A DNA stretch of 64,000 nt from the human T2T-CHM13v2.0 reference genome, Homo sapiens, in assembly GCF_009914755.1 (NCBI RefSeq), contig NC_060932.1; one strand, 5' to 3'. The translations under genes were made by a program, and so were the position numbers. Within the stretch, counting starts at the first letter, position 1; each line of letters begins with the position of its first letter. The notes under the pieces were generated by a model that was given only the letters and a program-made list of their open reading frames with translations, was not told the DNA's origin and searched no databases. Shown here in pieces: positions 54,791 through 64,000 of this stretch.

Positions 54791-55817
54791 AGAATGAGAA
54801 CAACCAAGGGAATCTTAGAATTAGATCATAAGAGAAGAATCCCATTGTGTTCTACTAGTCAGTTTAAGTTGAGTGCTTGTGTAACATATTTTCTTAAATA
54901 GGTAGGAAATTAGGGGAAAGAGTGTGAATTTATTGGCTAGGCTTATAAGAGAACAGATAAGATTTCTATGCTAGCCTGCTTCTTGTTCATCTTTTACTAA
55001 GAGTCTGGCATCCAAATTTCTGGACCTTGGCACACTTTGGTATTTGGTATGAAGAAAGGAAAATCATTCCACCTGGTTCCCATGTCCCGACACCCACGCC
55101 ATAACTACCTGTCAGAACTCGCTCTGCTTATCTGTCCTGCGTGGGAGATGGCAGCACTCTGCCCTGCTCAGTGTATGTCTCGTGGTTACTTGAGACATCC
55201 ACCAGGCTTAGCTCTAGGATATCTGCCCGAAGAAAAGATGGAGTGGAGGGGCTTAGATGGCCAAGAGAAGAAATTCGCTCAAATCAAACTTCTTTATTTA
55301 TCTTATTTTTCGTCCATCGTTTTACTCTGGTTATGGGTTACATTCTTTCTGTGGTATGATGGAGCAAGGTAGCATTTATTTTCCTCACCATATAATTTTT
55401 GGTTCTTTTGTTTCAATTGAATTGAACTTCTAAGAAGGCAAGCACAATGAGCATAGTACTCATTTCCATAAATATGTGCTTTTGTTTTGTTTTTCACTTT
55501 TAAGAAAGAAATTTGAAGTGTGGAAGTTGGAGTTCTGAAAAAAAATTAGGGAAGGAAATGGAGAGGATATAAGGAGAAAGGAAAGGAGATCTCATACATG
55601 TTAATCGTCTAGTGTTTAAGGCCACATGAAGGTCAGTAAATGATACTGGAGAGCATTAAATAAGAAGTACTCACCTGTGATTTCAGCAGGCTTGCATGTA
55701 GTCACGAATATATGTGTGGTTTACATTCACTCTGGCAGTCTTTCCTCTCCAACCTGGTGAGAATTAGCATCCTTGTTTTCCAGACCTGTTAACCAGTAAA
55801 TGACTGTTCGGCAGACT

Positions 55818-56148
55818 ATTTTATTTTTTATTTTTGTTTGCATATTCATTTGTTTTAGGTCTCGCTCTGTTGCCCACAGTGGAGTGCAGTGGCTGTTCAC
55901 AGGTGTGATCATGGCTCACTGCAGCCTTGAACTCCTCCTGGGCTCAAGGAATCCTCTAGCCTCAGCCTCCTGATTAGCTGGGACTACAGACATGGCACAC
56001 CACCGTAGCTAATTTTTATAAAAAGTTTTATAGAGATAGAGTTTCACTATGTTGCCCCAGCTGGTCTCAAACTCCTGGGCACAAGTGATTCTACCGCCTC
56101 AGCCTCCTGAGTTGCTAGGATCACAGATGTGAGCCTCCTTGCCTGGTC
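55818..56148 (-). mobile_element. AluJ
   Basis: Diverged dimer with the J/FRAM-like gctgttcacaggtgtgatc segment. Confidence 0.88.
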
Positions 56149-56780
56149 ATTTATTTTTTTTAATTTTTAAAGAAATAAATATTGAGAGATTATCTTATTT
56201 TTTTCTCAAATACCTTATGTTAGAAATGATAAATTTACAATGTATACTCACTTCTGAGTTTGGCCTGTTTTCCTGAGGTGTCAGAAGACAGGATCTAACA
56301 CTAGATTTTAAGATTAAGGTTTGAGGCTAAGATCTCTCTACAGCTTTCCCACAACAATCTTGTGAAGAAGAAATGATGAACTCAAGCCATGTCATTTCTC
56401 CCTGTTGCTATTTCTAAACATGGCATGGCATTGGCTTGGATTGTCTCATTAAAATTTGTTTTGCAGTTCAATTGCATTATCTGATCCCTATATTACTTCA
56501 GTAGCAGAATTTTAAACATTTTATGTCCATTTTCTGCTTTTATGGGCTTTAGTCCTGCCCATTGGTATTTACATTTAGGAAGTTAGGACGTAGGATACAT
56601 ATATACAGACATACTCCTCCCACCCATTGCAGCACAAATAAATCTCAATTGATTTTTCTCTCTATTAATAAAATAACCTGTGATCACATAAATTTCTGGT
56701 AGTCTCTAGGTGGAGGCAATTGGAGTTAACATTTTTGTACAGTTTGTTTTCATGTTAAGACACTAACTCTAGCATGACTA

Positions 56781-57020
<240 letters not shown>

Positions 57021-57709
57021 AAAAAAAAAAGTTTTTTTTTAACAAATTTTGTATAGTGTTGTTTTATAATATCCACCTTGGCACATTCGATGAAAGTTTC
57101 AAACTTCGAACTTCTCTTTTTTGGAAAGCACCATGGGTCAAGGGCCCTGTTTGTTTAGGAGTCCTGGGTCCCCTTTGTGTGTCAGAGCATGCAAAGGAAC
57201 CTGGAACAGCCTTTCTTCTGGGCTGTCCTCAAAGGGGCAAAAAGGAAAAAAGAGTTGATGAATGCAAGATAGTGATTTTATGAGTCACCTTTTCTGCAGT
57301 GACATGCATGGGTAGAGGATGAATTTGTTTAAATTCTTTTTTCCCATATTTCTAGAAAATCAATTAACTACAGGTAGATGTTAAATGAGATTTTGATCAC
57401 TCAGCATTGTGCCCTATAGAGTTTGTGATTATTCTATAGCGGGTAGAGAGCATCCTGTCTCTGAAGAAAGTATAGTCCTTGTTTCTGTGTGTTATGATTG
57501 TTTTTTGACTCAAGAATATATCATAATTAGTGGTTTTCATTTTGGAATGTGCTGCCAGCCTCTTTCTCTTAAAAAATGGGATACTTCGTAAGAACAAGCT
57601 ATGATACTGTGATAAGTATTGGCTTCCATGCTGTATTTTCTACATATGTATGCATGTATGTCAAAGTGTTTGAAAGAGCCTGGAACAATTTATCACTCTC
57701 TCTCATTGA

Positions 57710-58225
<516 letters not shown>

Positions 58226-58859
58226 TTAACTATATTACAGAATAAGCTCCAGGGCAGGAGCCTATGACTGCCTGTGGACCAGGCAGGTGGTGAAAACCCG
58301 TAGGCTTAGAGGGCTCTGTTTGACTGGAGAGGCTGCCATGGCTGAGCACCGGGGCTGTTGGTAAACTCCAGCCAGCTACGTGTGCCTTGAAAGGATGTGA
58401 TTCCAGCGTTGTCAGGTCTTCTCAGTTTTAAGAGAGCTGGCTGTTGTCCAGATAAGTATGTGAAATCTCCCACTTTCTACATGTTGGCAGCTAGTTCAAA
58501 TGAAAAACAAAACAAAACAAAAAACAGAAGTGAAAAAGTCTGTGGGGCAAAAATTTGTCTACTGGTCACCAGTTTGTGTCCAGTGCTTGAAGGTATCTGG
58601 TGGTGTTTTCAGCCTTCTTCTTGGACGTGCTGGACCACAGACACTGCTTTGGTGCTGTTTGTGTTCATGGTAGGATAAGACTTTGATTCAACCAGTACTT
58701 CTGGAGTGTATGGTGAGCATTCACATATTATTTCACACTTTTAAAAAATGCTCATGATTTTTTAATATTAAAAATAAATAAGTGATGCTGATAAAAGTGT
58801 AAAAAATGTTCAACTGATAAATGGATTACATGACCACAGTTACTTAAAAGAAGGTAGCA

Positions 58860-58960
58860 AAAGTCCCAGTGCTGTGATCTCAGGTACCTCTGACCTCAGT
58901 TTTATCATCTGTAAATTGGAAATGGTAATACCTACTTCTAGAACTTGTGGTGATGTTCAT
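58860..58960 (+). mobile_element. MIR
   Basis: ctctgacctcagttttatcatctgtaaattggaaatggtaatacctac. Confidence 0.65.
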
Positions 58961-59290
58961 ATGGAGCATCAGGAGGAGGAAAACTGCATTGTCAGCCACA
59001 AGGCAGTGCATGAATTTATCATGGGAATAAATCATTAATTTTTATAAGAATTCAGTTGAGCCTTCCATCCATCTGACCATTGGTTAGGAGGAGACAGGAT
59101 GAGCACTCAGTGCTGCTGGTTTGTGGATCTGTGGCACACTGTGGCTCCCAGGAAGGGCCTGGGTGGGGATGGGCATCCCACTTGTGAATTGGGCAGTCCA
59201 CAGTCCCAGAGCTAATGAGCTTAGGTTGGATGAGGCTGGGTTAGGCAGGTAGGAACCAAAACCAAATATTCACATATGAGTGCTAGTTAG

Positions 59291-59463
59291 AGCTGTGTTT
59301 CTCAAAGGATGCTCCTCCAACCACTGACTACAGCAGCTGGGAACTTGTCAGCAATGCACATTCTCAGACGCTTCTGCCACCTCTGAATCAAACTCTGGGG
59401 TGGGGCTCCACCCTCCTTGTTTTAACAGCTCTATAGGTGGATTCGCTGGTTTGAGAGTCACTG
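59291..59463. mobile_element. MER5A-like hAT MITE
   Basis: tgtttctcaaa...gggaacttgtcagcaatgcacattctcag...ctctgaatcaaactctggggg...tttgagagtcactg. Confidence 0.75.
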
Positions 59464-60373
59464 AGATCTCAGAGGGCCATGCTGAGCAGCAGGCTTGCAG
59501 GTCGGAGAACTACAGTTTAGGGGAGATGAGGAATGTAAGACAGATGAGGGCAGGCAAGGACAGGAGCACCAGCCTGAGGCCAGGCTTTATTTTAGTTGGC
59601 TCCATATGGTTTGAGAGAACAGGCCCTTCATGATGAAAGTTAGGGATGCAGGGACCCTTAGTTGTGAGGGACAGCACATGTGCTCCCAGACTGCCTTTTG
59701 GTATAATTGTCCAGACCAGAGGCTCCACGTGCTACACATTTTTTTCAGCCCTTGATAGTCAGAGGTAGACCTCGAAGTATCCACAGTGAGCCCAGCACAG
59801 CGTACTGGTGGCCAGAAGTGTGATCACAGGTGCCGAAGCTTGGCAGGTGTGGAACTGGGTGCTGCAGCAGTGGGTGTGCCACCTGTGTATTTGCATGCAA
59901 ATGTGGTACACTCATTTGAGGTCAGCTCAGTGGAGGCCAGCTGTGCTGTCCTAGACGTGGCCTATGGTGCCACAGCCTGAGAGATTCTGCTGAGAGTGTG
60001 ACTGCCTTTTATAGTGCTGACAGAATCCATTGTATCGCTTTTAAAGACCTGTAATGATTGTGATTAGCCGCAGAGTTGAAAACTCCCTAAGTGCTATTGC
60101 TTACTACTGGGAGTCAGGACTAATGAGTCCTCCTATGCATCCTGTGGCTCGGAAGGCTGCCTTGAACACATCTCCCCTGGTATGAAGGGCCCGGACCCAG
60201 TGTCATCTCCAGCATTTCCTCCCCTTGCTCTTTGACCACACATCACTACACATTGGTATGCCAGATCTCTGCCAGTTTTAGAATGTATATTGATTGTGTC
60301 TTCCTCTGTCTTTGTTTTAAATGAAATAGATCAGGCACACAAAAGTGTAAAGAGAAAAAACAAAAAAATGTAA

Positions 60374-60746
<373 letters not shown>

Positions 60747-60932
60747 TAGACAACATACCTGTTCTCACCAAATCCTATTCCGCCTGCAGATGGTCAGCAC
60801 AGATGTGTCGTCTCTACCTGGTAAATTGACAGGGCAGTAAGTTTCTCAGGGCTCACATTACAGTAAGCTCCACAGAGTCCCCTAGACGAGTTCATGTAGC
60901 AAAAGCATCTCTGAGGGAATTAAAAGGTATAG

Positions 60933-61257
<325 letters not shown>

Positions 61258-63739
61258 TTTTTTAAAAAAAAAAAAAAAAATTAGGTCAAAGAGTATTTCA
61301 GACTCTTCACTCTCCTAGTTTCCCTTCTTCCCGCCCCAGGCTCTGGCAGTGATCTCTGGGGAGGAAGCTTGTTGGATAGCTACTTTCCACAATGCTTATG
61401 TTTGGAACCGTAGTGAACAGTTATTTATGTTATCGAAATGATATTTTAAAAAAAATACTCCCTTTCTGATTTTGCCATCCATAGAACTGAACTGTGCTCT
61501 ATACTACAGTTCAGTTTGGGGACCCCTGAGCTCACGTTCTAGTTAGGAGGGTGTGGTGGCCAGCTACCAGAGTGGTATCTAGGTGGTTTTTCTGTTCTGT
61601 AGGTTTTTTTTTTTTTTCTCTCTCTGTCTCTCTCTCTTTCATTTTGGTGGTAGGTAAGGAAAATCACATCACTCTCTTCTAGCAAGGTCTATGAGCTATT
61701 TTGGGGACATGAAGGAACGTGGTAGATACCCCTGTAGAGGGTCTACACTCATTTGAAGGTAGGATTCTTTGTTCTAAATACACTTGGATCATTGTTTCAG
61801 GAGAGAACATGGAGAATGGGAAAATAAGCTTTTTGTGCTCACTCATTGCTTCTGTAAAAGTATTAATTCTTCAGCTAAATAGGAAATAAAACGTTTGGTT
61901 CTTGATGAAAGTATTTTGTACATTTTGCCTAGAACAGTAACTGGTCACATTTAATCCTGTATAGGCTTGAAACTGACCTCAGCCTCTTCTAGACTCTCAC
62001 AGGGCTTCTGCCTTCTTGGACAGCAAGCCAGGGTTACTATGAGTCGATGTTCCTTTGGTCCCTTCTGTGTCCTTGACCTGTATTCTGCAGCTGGAGCCTC
62101 CTGGTAGCTCCCAGCTGAAGTTCACCTGGAGAGTTACTGCCATCGTGTTGGCCTAATTTGGGTCAAAAGTAATCAAAAGAACCCTGGCTCTTGTTCCAAG
62201 AAGTGTTTTTGATGCAGAGCTTCAATGCAAGTTTTGTTTTTCAGTATGTAAGGTGTGACGAACCTACCCCAGAAGGAGGGAGTCATTCCACTAGTTGGTT
62301 CGGGGTGCGCAGTTGTTTAATTATCAGTTTGGCAGGCCCCAGTTTTTCTTCAGTTCACAAATAGAATTCTCATTTGGAATATATCCAATGTTCATTTGGT
62401 TTCTTTCAGTTGCAGCAAATCTTACTATGATTTGAGGTTTTTAAATACTATGTTTTTCAGGAAGTCTTTTCGGTGGCATTTTCTGATAATGCCAGCCTGA
62501 TAATCCAAAAAAAAGTCTGTTAAAAAGCAGATTTGCCTGTAATCATTACCTTTTTTCTGAGTTTGTAATCAGACCTTGTCTTGAATCTGTAAATCCTGTG
62601 GAGTCTCAGGTGATTTTCCTGACTTTCCCTGCATGCATGGAGGCAGGTAGCAGATGGATGGGCCTTTATGCCCCGTCATGTGTGGGTGCCCTGGCAGAAC
62701 CCTGCTGCTGCCCTCCGTCTTCCCCACAGCAAGCCTGTGGCCATTACAACTTGTGCTTCTCTGTGCATGTACAGCACAGCATCTGTAGCAAAAGGAGTCT
62801 GCAAGTATTTTGGAGAGTAAGACCTGCATGGCTTGTTTCCTTCTGCCAGAGAACCTAGAACAGGCAAAGACATACATGTGTTTTTCCTTTGGAGGCATCA
62901 AGCTCCTTCCTGGACATTGAACTTTATAACAATCTGTGGGTGAATCCGCCCTATTCCTGGACTTGCAGAGAGGGTCTCCCTGGCCACCTTCCACATTCAC
63001 GTGGTCCAAGTGGCATGAGAAAGGATGGAAGCCTCCTCACACCTGTCCCCATTTACCTTTCCCTATCGGCAAACATCATTATTGTGTTCTTCCAGAGACT
63101 TAAATAAATGTTTTTGAAGATATGTTGCCTGCCCTTTATAGACACATGGCAGCAAGTTCCACAACTGCTCAGGAGACCCATGCACATCTTAGCATGCCTC
63201 GGGTCTTTCCGAGCAACATGGGAAGGTTTCTTTTTTAACCCCCATGGTGTGCAGCCTTGCATTGCATGGCAGTACCCTCATCTGTTTAGCTGTCCTCTCT
63301 AGGTGGACTTTCAGATTGTTTCCCATCTTTTGCATGTGAAAATGCACATTTTCCAAGTTCTGTTCCTTTTCCTGCATTAAAGCTTCTTGACCTTTTTCCT
63401 AGAATTTTTTGTTTACTCCTGTTTTAAGAGTTTTAAATTTTATTTAATTGAAACATGAAATAAATGTACTTTTCTATGCCTCTGGGCTGTTATTTATGCT
63501 GTTAATTCATTCATGCAGAGGCAAGGGTGGATGACCTATTTTATTAACCTCTATTCTAAAGACTTCTTCCAGGCAAGTAAAGATAAAGAGATTATAAAAA
63601 TAGGTGAAAGGTCAGGACAGGAAGTGCAGATTGGATTGTGAGAAAAAAGAAAAGCAAAATGCATTTAATTTCTTGTGTGTGCTGCATAAATGCTATGGGA
63701 TAAGAAAAAATATGTATGTTTACACATACATGCACAAGC

Positions 63740-63768
63740 ACACACACACACACACACACAAACACACA
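63740..63768. repeat. (CA)n microsatellite
   Basis: About 10 CA units, one interruption, then further CA units. Confidence 0.9.
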
Positions 63769-64000
63769 GAGTTCCTGATACAGTGGGAAAGGTAAAATGT
63801 ACCTATTAAAAAAAAGACATGAAGCCAAAGCAAGGTAAAGATAAAACCAGGTGGTATAGGTCAGAGGACAGCAAGTAAGTTGCAGATGAGAGTGATGAGA
63901 CGTCTTTTTGGAGCTGACCGTTCCCTGCTTGGGTGTGTCTGCCTGAGAGAGCAGCTGAACAGAGGCTGAAGGTGGGGTCAGAAGGTGAGGCGTCCCAGGG

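Noticed and set aside
62569-63377. Cluster of overlapping ORFs up to 146 aa
   Set aside because: No domain similarity or codon bias; overlapping frames on both strands fit chance in locally GC-richer DNA.

Overview
This is human DNA: it contains an L1HS-Ta1 and an AluYb8 insertion. It is AT-rich intronic or intergenic sequence, by eye roughly three-quarters transposon-derived. I find no recognisable host exon, RNA gene or CRISPR array. Contents: the 5' end of an L1PA4/5-type element (1-1351, minus), a twin-primed inverted L1PA (9475-11549), two full-length dead L1PA elements with TSDs (14730-20877 plus; 41727-47868 minus), a very young L1HS Ta-1 fragment inside a Tigger3b, about 28 Alu segments, several solo LTRs and DNA transposons, and ancient L1M scaffolds. 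The strongest signal is the head-to-head L1 pair at 1-1351 and 14730-20877. Their ORF1 starts are 320/324 identical with shared non-consensus bases, while the adjoining 5'UTR is only about 90% identical, and the plus-strand copy shows many A/T-to-G/C changes. This fits interlocus, possibly GC-biased, gene conversion between inverted repeats flanking a 13.4 kb invertible segment. Also notable: ORF0 is open in all three L1 5'UTRs, an AluYb8 sits in a palindrome with endonuclease sites on both strands, there is a compact kB/ETS/AP-1 motif cluster near 51.15 kb, and three CpG-retaining unique patches coincide with short ORFs or hairpins. Subfamily names are by-eye calls from remembered consensus motifs.
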